A DNA stretch of 64,000 bases from Lama glama (lineage: Eukaryota): positions 558,001-622,000 of the forward strand of contig JAPYYK010000093.1 of NCBI GenBank assembly GCA_028534125.1. The letters run 5' to 3'. The notes under the pieces are model-generated. The model made no database searches and was not told the origin of the DNA. It saw only the letters and a list, made by a program, of their open reading frames with translations. This document shows positions 12,946-27,784 of this stretch, piece after piece. A program made the translations under genes and the position numbers. The stretch's first letter is position 1. The number at the start of each line of letters is the position of its first letter.

Positions 12946-15900
12946 CCAGAAATGTAAGAAGACGAGAAACAAAGGAAGAAAAGAGGTATGGAGGGAGAGA
13001 AGGATGGGAGGGAGGGAAGGGGAGGGGAGAACAATGGAGGTAGAGGAGTCAGGGACAGGGCTTTGTCTCCAGCCTCTGGCCTGGAGACAGGGACCCCCAA
13101 AGGGTAGCAGCTGACATTACACGCTGTCAACATCACTGTCATCACCTCTGTTTACTCTTATCACAAACGAAGATGTTCGAGGTTTCAATTCCCTAATCAG
13201 CTGAGTACATAGACCAGGTTTCTGAGACCAAAACACCAATTTCGTATTGGTGACCTCTCGCCCCCACTCCTACATTTCCGCAAAGTTGGGGGTAATCAAA
13301 AAGCAAGTTGAGGGACAACTGACAGGGGTCTGAGAGATAATGCCAGCCATCCTGGGGGCAGTGGGGGACAGTGCCAGATGAGAGGGAGAAGCTCCGCCTT
13401 CCACAGTGTCTGTGCAGCCATAGAAACTCTCACTCCCTTTGCACCAACCTCTGCTGAAGCTTGTGCCAGGGTCAGGTGGCCTGTCTCACCCAGAGCCCCA
13501 GGCAGCTGCCCCTGGGGAGGAGTGGGGAAAAAGGGACTGCCCAAGAAATGGGTGGAGTGGGCTACAGATGTCTTTGCCAAACTCACACCCTCCCTGGAAT
13601 CCCAGATTTTCTGGGAAGCACACAAATCTTTGACTCCTTTCAGTGGCCTCCTTGCACTGGACAAACATCCTGCCCCAGGGGCTCCTGAGTCCCAGGGAGG
13701 GAGAACAAGTGTGAGACCTGCACAGACCAGCCTCATACAAAGTACAGGCTCAGACGAGAGGAGAATCCTAGAGTGCTCGGCTCTCTGGGTGGGCTGGATC
13801 CTCTGGCAGGTCTTGTGTCTCAAAAGGGAAGGCAGAAAGTCAAGTGAGTACCCTGGGAGAGCCCCTCCGCCACCCAGGCCTTGTCCATACCCAGGAACCT
13901 TCATGCCCCTACTTGCCTCAACAAGATCTCAGACCCCTGGGGACCCGAGACCTTGCTGGCGCCCCAGATTGCGGTGCTGCTCCAAAATTCACCCTTCTAT
14001 ATCCCAAATTCACTAGGTGTTCACTGCAGAAGGAGCCCCAGGGTTCCTAGGGGGCAGGTCACCCAGCCCCAAAGATGGACACGACCTTTCCAGTTCTTCA
14101 AAGGGTTTTTAAGGAGGCTGTGTGAGTGAATATGCTGTTGCTGAAACTCATGCAGTTGTGAGAAGCAGGACACCTTGGGCAGCAGAAGGCACGTGTCCTT
14201 CCCTGGGGGCCAGTCTCAGGTAGTAGGAAAAGGCCTAATCTGATGGCCCTGTCCAATAAGGGAGCCCACATGCCCTCCTTGAAGCCCCTAGTCTACTGTG
14301 GTGTGCAGCTACCGCCCTCACCAAGCTATGGTCTGAGGGGGAGAGAGTGCAAGCCCCTGGGGCCCTAGTCTGAGCTGGGAGGCTGCCAGACCCTCCTTGA
14401 CGTGGAGCAGTGAGTTTTCAGGGCCAGTCTCCTGCCTTCCCCCAGAAGGCTCCAGACCTCCGTTCCCCCTGAGCAGCTCTTCCACCACTTAGCAACGGAG
14501 ACAATTTACATAATGCATCGAGTGTGAGAGCAATAATGGCTGGGGAAGCAGGGTGCCCGTTAGTGGCTCCTAGGGAGGGAAAATACCTGCTCCCACACCA
14601 CCACCTCCTCCCTCACAGAATAGGGCCCTGAGGCTGCCAGGAAGCAGGTGCCTTTAAGTGCTTGGCTGCTGCCAAGAGGGGCCCGGAAGGGCCATGGCAG
14701 CCTTGGAATGAGAGCAACCTCAAGACAGAAATGCAGGAGGGAGGAAATTTGCAAAGCACCAGAGTTCTGAACATGAATCCACCCAGCCGGGCTCCTGGAG
14801 CCCACACCCTTACTGGGCCCAGACCCTGCATCCGGAGCCTTTTCAGAGGAGGAGGAGTTCCAGGAGGTGGTAAGCTGTAGCCCGGAGGCCGAGGAGCCAG
14901 GCTGCAGCTGCCCAGGAGGCGGTCACGTTCAAACACAAAGGCAGCGATGGAAGGGGGAGAATACATAAAAATTACTGGCACATAATTGCTTTCTATATAA
15001 ATGTTCTTTTAAAAAGTTTTCCCCAGTGTGAAAGTCCCTCTTTAAAACGAATAAATTCACAGTATAATTCCAATTTATTCCATGCCTGTAGATGGAGCAT
15101 AATGAAGGCTCCACTGTCAATATCTGATCAAGAGGCTTGACTGCCGCTTGACCCAGCTTCCGGGTCTCCTGCACAACGGGGCAAGCAGCAGCAGGGCTCC
15201 AGGGTCCGCAAGGGGCAGCAGGAGCAGGTGGCAGGCCTCCCTGCCCAGCAAGACTCTGGGCCTCAGGACCAAGTCTGACAAACCCCACTGGTGCCTCAGG
15301 AGCTGTGCTCAAATGGAGGATTCAGAACAGGGGCAGCTACAATCATGCTAATGGGGAGACACATGGGGCTGCAGGAGCTGGGGAGCATGGGGGTCTCCCT
15401 TTCTAGGGACAGGAGAGAGGAGGCGGTCAGCAGGCTTTGGGGTGGGGGGATCAGGCCCCAGGGCCTTCCCGCAAGGCATGTGGAAGAAGCTGGCTGGTGA
15501 CAAGGCACCTGGGGGTTGTAAGTGGGAGTGGCCTGTCCTGAGCTGTAGGAGGCTCCCAGTGAACTCCAGCTTTGCTCTAAGCCCACAGGCACCCACACTG
15601 TTCCCCCCACCTCGGGAGGACAGCACTTGGGTGGATACCAGCCCAGGGCAGGAGGGGCTGCTCCCCCTCAACAGGAGGCCCAGAACCTGGAAATGAGGCT
15701 CCTGCCCAGTGCTCCTTACCGGCCCTACCTCTCTCATCTGTGAAATGGGCACAAAGTCAGGGTGGCCTCACCACCCAGACTCTGGGAGCACTGGACTAGG
15801 GACACTGAGGACTGCCTGCGCAAGGCCTGTGATCTCTATGGGGGGTCGCTTGGTCCAGCACCCTAGGGCACAGACAGGGGTGTACGGACACAGATCCACA

Positions 15901-16134
15901 ACCGACTGGCACCTCAGCCCCCTGAAGAGCTGCTGAGCACAGTGTCAGAGTGACTTGGGGGGATGTGCACTGTGAATGGGGACAGGGTGTGTGTGTGTGT
16001 GTGAGAGCTCCTCACCCATAACTGAGATTTCTCAGCTTCACTAATTAATCCATTTAATAGTTCTCGCCTGCCTGGGTGACACAGAGCTCGCAGCACCTGC
16101 CTCCTCAAAGTCCCACCCTGGGCTGTGAGCGTGC

Positions 16135-16420
16135 CTGCTCACACCTGCACACGGAGCACGCAGAACTGTGCACTCAGTCACATACACACGCATGTACACA
16201 TTTGCCTGGTCACACATCCCACAAAGCACAAATGCACGTGGGATCACACGCTCTCACACACACTGATGTGCGTGCCTGGTCACACTCCTACATGCAGCAT
16301 TTTGTGCAATTGTAACCGCTCCCTTCCACAGACACACAAATGCTCACCTGCTCATGCCCCCACTGGCAGCACATCCACACACACAGGTTCACATACTCTC
16401 GTCCACATGTACACAGACGT
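16135..16420 (+). repeat. Degenerate CA-rich low-complexity tract; (TG)8 nearby at ~15987-16003
   Basis: Direct inspection. Confidence 0.7.
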
Positions 16421-18746
16421 TCCCACGTGTAGCATCATGGTTCTCGAGTCTCTCTTCTGCACATGATCAGCCACATCCCACCTCACACAAGCCTCTGCAG
16501 GTCAGAGATGGTGTCTCCCAGTAAGTCATGGGACCAATAATCACCAGGGGCTAGTTGCCTTTTAGGTCTGACTCCCCTTGTTCAGGTGGACTCCTGGAGG
16601 CCCGGGCATGACCCTGCCCTTCTAGTCATTGTCTCCCTATCCAATATGATGGGAAGATTAGACTGGGCCCACCAGAGGTCCCTGGCAGCTCCTGGCATAC
16701 CCAAAGGATGCAAAAGCAGAAGGGAGAGGGGAGCAGGGCACACCACTGGCCTCAGCGCCAATCTGGAAGGCTTCCTGAGGGAGGGAGCTGTGGGTTTGGT
16801 TTAAAACTGGGAGTGGCCTGGAGGGGATAGGGGTGAGTGAGGAGAGGAGTAGGAGGAAGAAGCTGGGAAGTCTAGTGGGGGCAGGGAGGACACATGGGTG
16901 GCTGAAAGCCTAAAGGCTCCACGCTCCTCCTGCTCTGGCCACACACCTTGGCCAGGCCTCTAAGTCACTGGGAATATCCCGGCCTCCCTTGGCCCAGTCT
17001 GACATCTGGGTGCCAGCACACTGTGTAGCCAGCTCTCCTGGGCCTTTTGCCACAGCCCCCACATTCTCCATTCCCTCACAAAGAGCAATCAGGGACCCTC
17101 CATGTGGGGCCAAGCATGGCAGATCACCTCTCCTGGTGCATCTGGCACCAAAGCTCTACCTTTCTGATGCACTGGGCCTCAGGTCCCATATGTGGGCTGG
17201 ATGATTCCCACAGTCCTATGGGACAGATCAGAGCCCCAATCTCTCTCTTCTCGGTCCTCAGGTGCCTGCCCCTTTGCTAGTCCATCCACTGAAGAGTTAC
17301 TAGCTGAGTATCTACTCCATGCCAACCTTGTGGACCATATATATGCATGTTTGTACACTGCAGGCATGTGTGTAGAGATGCACCCTGTGTGTGTGCACAG
17401 CCTGCGCATCCTCTCAGGTGGGGGCCCAGCTCCCGACTCTGCATCCTGAGGCCAGGGCACTAAAGCCCTAGGGTTAGCCACTTGGTTCCCTGATTCATGG
17501 GAACCCAGCAATGGACGGGGAGGGGGCCTGAGGAGTCTGCCCAGGATCCATCCCCTGTCTTGTTCCCTCCAACCCCACCCGCAAGGAGCCAGCCAGCTCC
17601 CCTGCAGAGCCACTAGGTCCCAGGACTGAGAGAGAGGTAAAGGAAAGACAGAGAGTTTGGGGCTCTGTAACCTTATCCAAACATCAGATCTCTGCTCACA
17701 AAGAGAGGCGAGCCATGCTCAGAGAAGGTGGAGCGAGGCCAGGCTGAGCCTCCGTCTCCTGCCCGGTCATGGTAAATGTTGCTCATGTTGCCCCTGGGGC
17801 TGGCTGTGGTTTGTCAGAACCAATTACTTCTCTGCCTCTGCCAAATGCTTGGGGCTCCACGAATCTCAGGCAAGTGTCCCTGTGGCTGCCACCGATCTAG
17901 CAATGGACGGGGGAGGTGGAGGGGGTAGGAATGCAGATCAGGTCAGCCATTCCCGGGGGCCCAGCATGGAAACCCATTCAGCCCTATATCTTCATACCCC
18001 ATTTCCCACTCTCGATCATCCAGATGAGCCTCTGGCTCTGGGCATGCAGCCCCATCGCTCTCCAGAGATGGATGCAGAGGCCAGGGGAGAGGGGAGCAGA
18101 CTCTGGCCTCTCCTCAACAGTCTGCAAGCACTGGGTCCTCATCAGAGCTGACCCCGAGCTGTCCTGCTGCAAGGCCAGCCTCCCTGGGGACCCCAGAGGA
18201 GACCCAGGGTGTTTATCAGAACATTCTTGCCACATAGGGGGAGGGTGGTCTTACCTTAGGAAAGCTGACAAACATCCCGGATTCCCAAGATGGAAGGACT
18301 GAGGGGCATCCGCCTCACAGAAGGGGCCTGCAACAAAGCTAGGAGTTCTCAACCTAAACTCCCCAGAGAGCAGCGCAGTCGGCCTGCTGAGGTTCTGATC
18401 GTGCCTCAGAGACTGTCTCTTTCTTAAACAGTTCTCAGCCTGAGAGCTGCCACCCTCAAGAACCCTGGGCTTGGTTACTTCCTACCACTCCTACTTCAAG
18501 GCCAGACAAGCCCCATGTCCTTCTCTGAACCCACAGCGCCTGGGAGGCAAGTTAATGGATTTGATAAACAGACTCACAGGCCTCTTGTGGGTGTAGGGGT
18601 CCTCTGCCTCACCTCCACCGGCTTTCTCCCTGAGGTGCCTCTGCTGCTGGCTCCCTTCCCTGGCCCATAGGCCCTGTTTCTTCAAGCTCTGGTGGCCTTT
18701 AGGCCTATCCCAGCAAGGAAACCTCCAAAATGCCATGGTCAGAAGT

Positions 18747-19082
18747 TGCTACAGACTGAATGTTTGTGTCCCCCCAGAATTCACATGTTGAAGCCTAATC
18801 CCCATGGTGATAGTATTCAGATGTGGGTCCCTGGGGAGGTGATCAGGTCAAAAGGTGGGATTAATGCTATTATACNNNNNNNNNNNNNNNNNNNNNNNNN
18901 NNNNNNNNNNNNNNNNNNNNNNNNNNNNNNNNNNNNNNNNNNNNNNNNNNNNNNNNNNNNNNNNNNNNNNNNNNNNNNNNNNNNNNNNNNNNNNNNNNNN
19001 NNNNNNNNNNNNNNNNNNNNNNNNNNNNNNNAGCCACTCAATGTGTGGTATTCTGTTATAGCAGCCCAAACGGACTAAGATG
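18747..19082 (+). mobile_element. MaLR solo LTR (MLT1A-like)
   Basis: Starts tgctacagactgaatgtttgtgtcccccc and ends tgtggtattctgttatagcagcccaaacggactaaga; central part is N. Confidence 0.85.
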
Positions 19083-22000
19083 GCCAGGGAGAGGAAACCA
19101 ATTTCCACACTCTTGGGCTTCAACAAGCAAAGGTGACACTTTGGGCACCTGAACTTCCTAAAACTGTAACTAACTCCCAAGAGAGCAGGCAACTGACAGT
19201 GGAGGGGGCACAAAGGCACCCCCACATTTGCAGGGCTCTGTCTACAACCTGTCTTTGCCCCTGCTCCCTTGAGATCCTCACGTTTCCCTTGAGGACAGGG
19301 GTACTTGGGTCCCCATTTCATAAATGGGGGAACCAAGGCTCATAGAGGCAGGAAAGCATGTGCTAGGCCCTGCCTTGTGGGAAAGCCCAGCCCTGCCATT
19401 CCTTCCCACTTCACCGTCCCCTCCGCCACCCACCATTCAGTGCTGTCCACGCCACAGGCTCCAGGTTCAAATTCCAGTTCTGCCACTTCCCAGCTGTGGG
19501 ACCTCAAGCAGGTCCCACCTTCAGAAGACACAGCACTTCCCTCCTTCCCTGAGCCATTCTCTATCCTCTGGGAGCTGACCTCAGATCCGGCCCCATGGTG
19601 ACCTCTCGGCACAAGGAGGGAGCTGGTGGCCCCTCTCTGTGCCTGTTTTGCTGGGCGTGGGTCTGCTGATCCCCCTCAGAGATGCCCTCTCACAGACCCC
19701 TCCCCACCACACCCACGACCTCCATAGGAACCTGGGCAGCAACTCCTTGCTGAGGCCGTCCAGAAACCCTGAAGCCTCTGAGCAGGGCTCCCTGACCCGG
19801 TCTTCCCCTGCGAGATGCCAGGAGCAAGGGGTTCTGAAGTGGCCAGAGATGTGACCACCCACACATGCCCCTCTGGGGACCTTCCTGACACTGCTGTGAG
19901 GCTGTTCTGACCTAACACCCTCATACTCTGGGGAACAGGGGAAGGAGAGGTCTGGGAGGGGCACGGGCTGGGAAGGGCATGGTGCTGGCCCAGCTTAGCA
20001 GCCCCAGAGGAGCCAGCAGGGTGGAGGAGGCTCCAGGTGGCTGGTGCCCATGGAAGACACGGCCAACGTGAGCCAGGGCCCCTGGGCCAGGTGTCATGGG
20101 GTGCCGTGTGCCCTGCCCCGACACTGACCTTCCTGCACCCCCTCTCTTGTGGGGGGCATGTAGAAGGGGTGCAGGACATCCAAGCCAGTCAGATGGCCGT
20201 CAGCCAGGAGCTCCTGCCACAGATGAAGTGGCTTTGAAAAGCTTCTCAAAAATGGAATTTTCTCCTTCAGGCAACAATGGGGTGTGTATGGGGAGGGGCC
20301 AACTAGAAGGGCAGCAACCACTCCCTCTCCAACCCTATGTCTCCCCACACAGTGCTCAGGAGGGAGCATCCCCAGACCTTACAGTGGGGAGGTGGTGCTA
20401 AAAGAGGCCGCCCCCAGGGCAGGATCTGGTAAGCAAAAAAGTGAAGCAGGCTGGGCTAGGGGGACGAAGAGGGGGTCCGGGCAGGGCTTCAGCCAGGCTC
20501 CCACATAGCTGCCTCTCTATATCCAATTATGCTCAAGTGGCAGCCTCACCATGTTTCAGACGTCCTCTCAAGAGCCCCCCCCCCCAGCCTCTTGCATCCC
20601 CGCTGGGTGCCGAGCAAGAGGACCATATGGAGGGAATAATAAGACAATTAACTTTCCATTAAAGAATAATATATGTGGGTTTTTAGGGAGGCAAGCGGCA
20701 GCAATCCCTACCCAGCGGCATATTTCACACCCGCGCCCCCCACCCCCACCCCAACGCACCCCACATCCCAATCATCTACACCAGCAGAGAGGAGGGTGCC
20801 GCTGGGCCTCAGTGGGAGGTGGCTGGAGGAGGGGTGGGGCTGCACGAGGAGCAAGCGCAGTGGTTCTGAGGCTTCTGGGAGCCCTGGGGAGGGGGTGTTA
20901 TGGGCCTGGGTGGGGATCCCTCACCACCCCTCAACTGACTGAGCACATAAGCTGGGACAGCCATGCATGTGCTACGTGAGTGAGGGTCCAATTGGTCAAG
21001 AAGCTGCAGGCCTGCCTCTCAGGACACATCTGAACCACAGTGCTCTGGATAGAAGGACCAAATGTAGGGTTTGGGGGGCATACTGCTTGAGCTCCCCTTT
21101 TCTGGCCCTCCCAGGGCTGCTCTGTCCCCTAGCATCTCCCCCCACCCCAGTTTCCTTCGTTCTCTTCTGCTGAGGCCCCTCTAGGTTTCTGAGCTTCCTT
21201 GGCACTCCTGGAAAGCTGATCCCACTTGAGAGGCCCAGAGAGGAACTCCCCCGAAATGGGGGCCAAACACCGCCTCAGCCAGTACCCCCTGAGCCAGTGT
21301 GTGAGGGTGCCTGTGTTTCAGGAATTGGCGGTACAGCCGGCGGGGGATGGGGGGACAGGAAGAAGCCTGTTTCAAGGACACCTGCAGAAGGACCCTATCC
21401 CTGCCTCCCTAAGCCCTTTAGGAAAGGGGTCCTCAACGTGTCCAGACTTTGTCTTTGCCAGGAGCCAGCTCCAGATATGGCACTCAACAAATATTGATTA
21501 CATATTCCCAGGGAGCACTGATTAGAGGGGTATGGGGATGGCCAGGGGCAGATAAGACGGGTGGGGACAGCACCGTCACTAGTTCAGAAGTCCCATTCCT
21601 GGCTACCAGTAGAAGTGGGGACACTCAGATGCTATTGGTCTGAATCACCATGACTGTCCAGAGGAGCACAGCAGTGGGGAGGGGAGCAGGAGACTTGGGG
21701 TCAGGGATCTGAGTCCTGGGGTCTTGCTCTCTATGGATGCAGCTCAGCAGCCCAGGGAGGGTGCTGTACCAGGCCTGAACCTCCCCCTTGATATTTCTCA
21801 CCAACCCCCACCATCACCACCACTCAGGGCTAGCATTTCAGGGCTCCAGGATGGGATCGGCAGGTGGAGACAGTCAGCCACATGTTGGTTTCCCCACAAT
21901 GACTAGCAGCCTACAGCTGGGCTAAGGCCGTCATGGAGGCTGGGGCAGCCAGGAATGTGGGCAGGGCTCCAAGCCATTTCTGCCCTGAGCAGACGTGTAG

Positions 22001-25000
22001 GGGTTGACATGGACTGAGAAAGGCTTCCATAGGTCCAGACTTGGATTGAGCCTTCCCAGAGGGTGGCCTGTGGTCCCCAGACATGGCCATCCCAGGTCTC
22101 TGCTCCCATACCAGCTCCAGTCAGCAGCCTTCTCTTACCCCCGACACCTACCCCAGACAGAAGGTCTTCTCACTTCCTTCTGCAGAGACCCTCCAAGGAA
22201 GGTCTCACCCAGTTCAGGAACCCATCCCAGGGCTTGTGCACCTGATGAATCACTGGTTCTTCTTCATGTCTGACTATAATCTCTCCTGCTTTGCTTGCCC
22301 ACAGGGTCCCCAGAGTTGTCCCTTTCTACCCTGGGCATTAACTCAGAAGGGGATAGGTCCCTGGTTGTACCCATCAGTGACCTGGGCTTCAGAGTGGGGA
22401 GACAGCCTGTCTCCACATCATCCCCCGTGCACCCCCTGGCACCTGATGAATTATTCATCCTGATCAGCTTCATTATGTAAATGAGATCAGAGCCCAGGCA
22501 TATGCTCTCTGCTATCCTCCCCCAGGATGACAATATGGTGCTGATGGGGGAGGGCAGAGAAGGTGCTCAGGAGACCTTGCTCAGCCTCTAGGGTTCCTGG
22601 AGCGGGCAGTCTACAGTAGGGGCCACACTTCTGTGGCCTGTTCATGGCAGGTGTAGGCCAGGGCTGGTGGGGAGGCAGGGCTGGGGTACCCAGTAGGGCA
22701 CCACTCAGGAGCACTAGGCTACAGCAGGAGCTTCTACTATGTGCTGGCCCTGGGATGGTCTATGTGAGGACACATGATGGGGTCTTTGCAGATAGCCCCC
22801 ACACCCAACAAGGTGTGCCATGGTTTCCAACCTGTAAATGGGCCACGGTCTGCACCCATCCATGCCCCCATGGGGTTGCGAGGTTGGGAGGAGGAAAGTG
22901 CCAAGGCAAGGAAAATGCTCCCAAATGCCACTGTCTGCAGTTTCTCAACTCTTACAGCTGCCAGCTCTTGCGGCTCCCAGCTTCTGGGGTGAGGCTGCCT
23001 CTAGGACTGGGGCTGGTGGAGAGAGCAGCCATATAGGGGAAGAAAGCCAAGGGACCCTGGATGCCAGGACCACCTCAGCAGCAGGGTGTTTGGGGGCAGG
23101 TCAGAATCAGCTCAGGGAGTCGTGAGGACAGGCAGCCCCTATGGGAGCTGAGGCCATCAGCTTGGCAGAGGTGGTGCCAGGGGCCACAGAGCATCACAGC
23201 TGGGTCAGGGCTCTGCTGCAAGCATCCTCCTGACCCTCAGAGCCGGGCATGGGCTGGGCACACCAGCTCTCATACACATTTGAAGGAGAGCCATAGTGGC
23301 TCAGTCAGGGTTGTGAGGAGGTTATAGGGTAGTAGGGCCGGTTGGCTCCCTCCTGCTCCCAGAGGATTGTCCTTTTATTTTTCTAGAACTCTTCACTTGC
23401 TCCTCTGCTGCCCACCTCACCAGAGTGTCCTGTACCAAGAAGTAGCCCCAGAGCTGTCAGTGGGAAATAAGAGGCTGAGGAAGCAGGTGAGAAAAAAACT
23501 GGAGCAGGACAGAGAGCCACTGGAGAACTGGCAGCCATCGATAGGCAGAGGGATGCCAGAAGGAGCCGGGAACACCAGGTCAGCACTTCTCTGCCTGGCC
23601 ACAGCCACACCAAGCATGGCTTGGCTTCCCTCTTCCCCAGGCTCATCCTGCCCACCCTTCCAAGAAGGGAGGCCTAGGTAGAGAAGGAGCAGTGGCCTGG
23701 AACAGGAGTCAGGAGCCCTGGGTCCAAGCCCCAGCTCTATCATAGCCGGCTGCGTGACTCTCGTTACCATTGGGTAGGTGGGGGTGGGGAAAGATGTGCT
23801 CATTGATCAAAGTGTCTGGAATTGCTCAACTCTCATCAGAAAGGAAAAGAACAACACATCCTAGGAATGAAAATGATCAATGAGAGAAATTCAAATTTGA
23901 TTTCTAGCTAAGGGGTGTATCTGTATTAGCCTGTTCCCTGACATTCTCACCACCTTGTGCTCCAACCAGACCTCCCAGCCACACCATGGACCAAGAATGA
24001 GGACCAGAGAGGGTTGAAGACTTGTCCAGGGGCACACAGTGGGTACACTAAGCCAGGATTCCATCTCTGGTCCTCACCATCCAGGAAGCTCAATGGTTCA
24101 GATACACTTGAGTCTCAGGCATGAAGTGCGTACATTATTTTCCCACTGGCAAACTTTCAGTGTCTGAGTTGCCCATAACTATAAAATAAATAATGTCCTT
24201 TGGCTGAGGATTCAAAGCATGAAAGATTCTTCACTGGAGGTGCATGGTTAACTCCTTATTTGGGGGTACCTCTTATGTCCTAATATGAAACTTGCAAAGG
24301 CACAGGACACACATTCCAGGGAATTCTCATTTCTTCATTAACCCACACGCTGCACTTGGCAGTGCCCACTTCGAACCTAGTTAGTGCTGGGTGCTATTCC
24401 TGAGCATAAATTGACTTCTGTTCCGGAACAGCTTTTCCTGCAGAGCTTTCTCTGGAAAGCACTGCTGGCCTCCGAGTGCGGCTGAGTCATTGAGAGTTCA
24501 CAGGAAGAGAGTAGGATGGGGGTGACTGCAATTCAAGCCCAGCAACCAGGGAAAGGAGGTTTAGAGAGGTGGGGCCACCAGGGGGAGGACACCCAGCAAG
24601 TTGATGGCTCAGGCCTCCATACCCAGACTCCCTCTCCCCACTATGTTACCACCTCATTAGTCACCCCTGATTGGCCCCATCCTGTGCCTCTCAGACGTCC
24701 TATATCCACAGCCAGTGTCAACACACTCACTGCCATCCCCACTTCCTGGGTACCTGTTATAAGCTAAGCATAGGGAAAGGACTGGCGACAACATCCCATT
24801 GCAGCTGCCCCACAGACATTACCCCTGCTGACCTGGCCCTGACCAAGAAGAGTGACAAGAATAGCAGCATACCTAACTGCCGAACCCGGGACCTGGACCC
24901 TTAGCTGATCCTCCAATGGTAACTCCGCCTACTCTGCTGTTTCCGGGCTAACCAAGAGCAGGAGACCCCCGTTAATCCCATGCTTAGTTCTGGTCGTACT

Positions 25001-25748
25001 TCCTGGCCCAACCCCTCAGCAAGAGCTTCTCAAAATCCAGCAGGTATCTGGGAGCCCCACCCCAATCCTTACGAGCTCAGCTCTCTGAGCCTTTGTGTCT
25101 CTGCAGAGAGAGCAACAGCTCAGGAGTCCATGGTCTGACAGCGACACATTTTGCAGCCTTCTGGGGGTGACGGATGGCCTGCTCTTCACATCACTATTTC
25201 AAACATTAACATAATCTCCCAGGATAAATGTGGTTGCTTGTGCCTAATCAATCACCCCTCCCCACCCCTTGATCCCTCATCTCGCCAAGCAAGCACAGGC
25301 TTTCAACTTGTCTCGGGCTGCCGCGCCTTGAGCGGGCAGCACTGCTCTCCTGGGCTGCTCGGCGTGGCCACCCTGCTCATTGTGCAGACAGTCCCTCTGG
25401 CTTCCATGCACAACTACAACCACTAGACCCTCCAGGGCCAGCACTCTCACCCTAGGTGCTGCCTCAAACACAGACCTCAGCCACCTGAAAATCAGAAAAG
25501 CCTGACACCTTCCCATCAGAGCTGAGTAGGTACCACTTCAACACGGTGACCTGGGGAAGAGCAGTCCAAGACCCGAAGGAGTTGCTGTTTCTCTAGCTGT
25601 TTCCCCACCTGCCCCCATGGGTCCATAGTGTCCCATCACCCCGTCTCCAACCACACCAAGCCTTCCTCACTCCTTATTTCTGAAGCCCTTCCTCCCTTCC
25701 CACTTGGAAGAAGTTCCCTGAAGGGAAAGCCAGCAGCCCCAGGCTTAC

Positions 25749-25830
25749 CTCACGGAGCTGCTGGACGCCCCCAAAGATCCGCATCACCCCGTCGATCTCC
25801 TGCTCCAGGCGCCGGGCCCAGTGCTGCATC
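25749..25830 (-). CDS. CACNA2D2: CACNA2D2 coding exon 2 (82 nt)
   Basis: Reverse complement reads G ATG CAG CAC TGG ... CTC CGT GAG = (T)[27 protein letters not shown]. Acceptor ctctctactctttgcacacag, donor GAG|gtaagc, branch-like cctgac about 25 nt upstream. Phase matches exon 1 (AC+G = Thr). Not present in the ORF track in this frame. Confidence 0.97.
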
Positions 25831-27784
25831 CTGTGTGCAAAGAGTAGAGAGGTGTCAGGAAGACCCGCTTGGAGTGGAACAGTCCCGTCCTGGCCCCCTA
25901 AGGGTGACCCACAGCAGCTGCCCCTTCAGAACCCAATTTTCACTGGAGGAGAAGCAGAGGCTGGGAACCAGAGTGCGCCTCTGATTCCTTTTGAAGTCTG
26001 GACCCGGTGGCCCAGGCTCTCCTCACATACTGTCGGACAGCCAGGGCAGAGAGTGGATTATAGTTAAAATGCACTGAGGGAGTCCAGCAGCTCCAAGAAG
26101 CCTGCAGGGAGACTATTTTTCACCGTGAAGAGCCAGCCCTTGATGCTTCTGCTCTGAACATGGAAACTCAGGATATCGGGGAGGAGACGACTTGAGTGAG
26201 CCTGGTGTCTCCTGGATCTCAGAGTCTCCTGTCCCCAGGGCTGGGTGGGACCTGGGCAAGGGGAGGGAACATGAGTCGCTGCTGCCACAACCGAGTCATG
26301 GTTTTGGGGCAGGTCCCTCTAAGCCTCATCTGAGCAGTGGACATGAACACGCTGGTAAACAGATGTTTATCTGAGGCTCATCACTAGAGGACCCACGTGA
26401 ACCACCCACCCATGGGTCCAGTTCAGAGCATCCTGCCCCTTTCTGGGGGCCTGGCAACCACGAGTCCTTCACCTGAGCCACCAGCCTGAACAGGTCTCCT
26501 CTACACTGGTGCCACTCTGAGCTCATTTTAACCCACCTGGGTCTCACTATCCTCCAGCAAGTAGGGATAATTGGAGGCCACCTCGTAGGGTCTGAGAAGT
26601 ACACATGAGAACTGGCAGGTTGAGGGTCCAGCACAAGGATCTTTGTGAGTGGACAGAATGGACAGCTGGTCACGAGGCCTTGTATTCTCAGCCCATACCG
26701 ATGAACAGGGATGGTGTCTGGGGAGAGGCCTGGGCTGGGTTCTAACCTGTGGCTACCCTGTTAGGCAGTGCCAGATCAGGTGAGCAAAATCACACCAGTT
26801 CTTGCCCCTTGCCAGGGGCTGCCAGCCAGAAGGACACTCTCCACACTGCCAAAGGCACTTTCTGCTGTGACCAAGGCATCTCTTCTATCGGTTTGAAAGG
26901 CATCTCAACCTCTCCTTCCCACCAGACACAGAAAGAGGCCTTTCCAGGGAGTGTTCATGGGAGAATTATCACAAAGATTGAAATATCCCACCGGTCAAGC
27001 AAACCCCATGAGGCCAAGTAAAGGTGAGGTGAAGCCAGCCCCCTAGTCTCTGAGGGAAACCAAGGAGCCATGGGATCCGGGAGATCATGTCTGGTCCCAA
27101 CACCTGCCCTGGGCCTGCTGGCTCTCCTACCTCCCCTACTGCCACCTGGGGCCAAGACTCTTATATCTCCCTGGGTCAGAAGATCTTGGGTCTCTGTCCA
27201 GCCCCCTGTCCCATACCTCTGTGGCTGGGGGGCTGGGCTCTTGCCATTGTACGTCTGTTGGCATGGGAACTCAGATCAGGAGGCGGGCAGATCACTAATT
27301 GCAATTTGCCAAGCTGAATGTCAGGACCATGATGGAAAAAAAAAATCAACATCAAAAGAAAGAGGTATTAGCTTCAGCTTGTTGCTGGCTGAGGCACAGC
27401 CGGATGCCCACCTCTGCTTCCCACTGCAGGGGAAAAGCTAACCCTGAGCCCAGTGGAGGCCAGGCTAGGAAGGGTGATCAGACCTCAACCGCCAGCTGGG
27501 GGAAAGCAAAGCCCAGCCGAGACTGGAGAGCCTGCTTGGCCCCAGAGTCCTGTGTCCAGCTAGGCAGGTGGCATGTGAATGGCTGAGGTCAAACAGTTAA
27601 CTTCCAAGGGAACCATTAGTTCTGCCCTGGCCCTGACCGTGACCTCAGCTATTCACTGGTCTAGGGGACAGAATGCCAATCATAATCTTTCCTGGGACTA
27701 ACAGGTACAAGGGCTCCCATTACATATATGGTGTGGTGCCAGCATGTCACCTGCTCTCTCACATCAATTCTCACAAAGAAGCAA

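Larger units (their letters stand above)
1..25748 (-). other. CACNA2D2: CACNA2D2 intron 2 (partial, continues beyond window)
   Basis: Begins at the gtaagc donor. I found no sequence encoding the expected next peptide (IYKDNRNLFEVQENEP...) in the unmasked sequence. Confidence 0.85.

Noticed and set aside
13296-14016. Overlapping 202-aa and 212-aa ORFs; likewise 61335-62024 (229 aa)
   Set aside because: No domain similarity or exon structure recognised; expected by chance in GC-rich intronic DNA with alternative starts allowed
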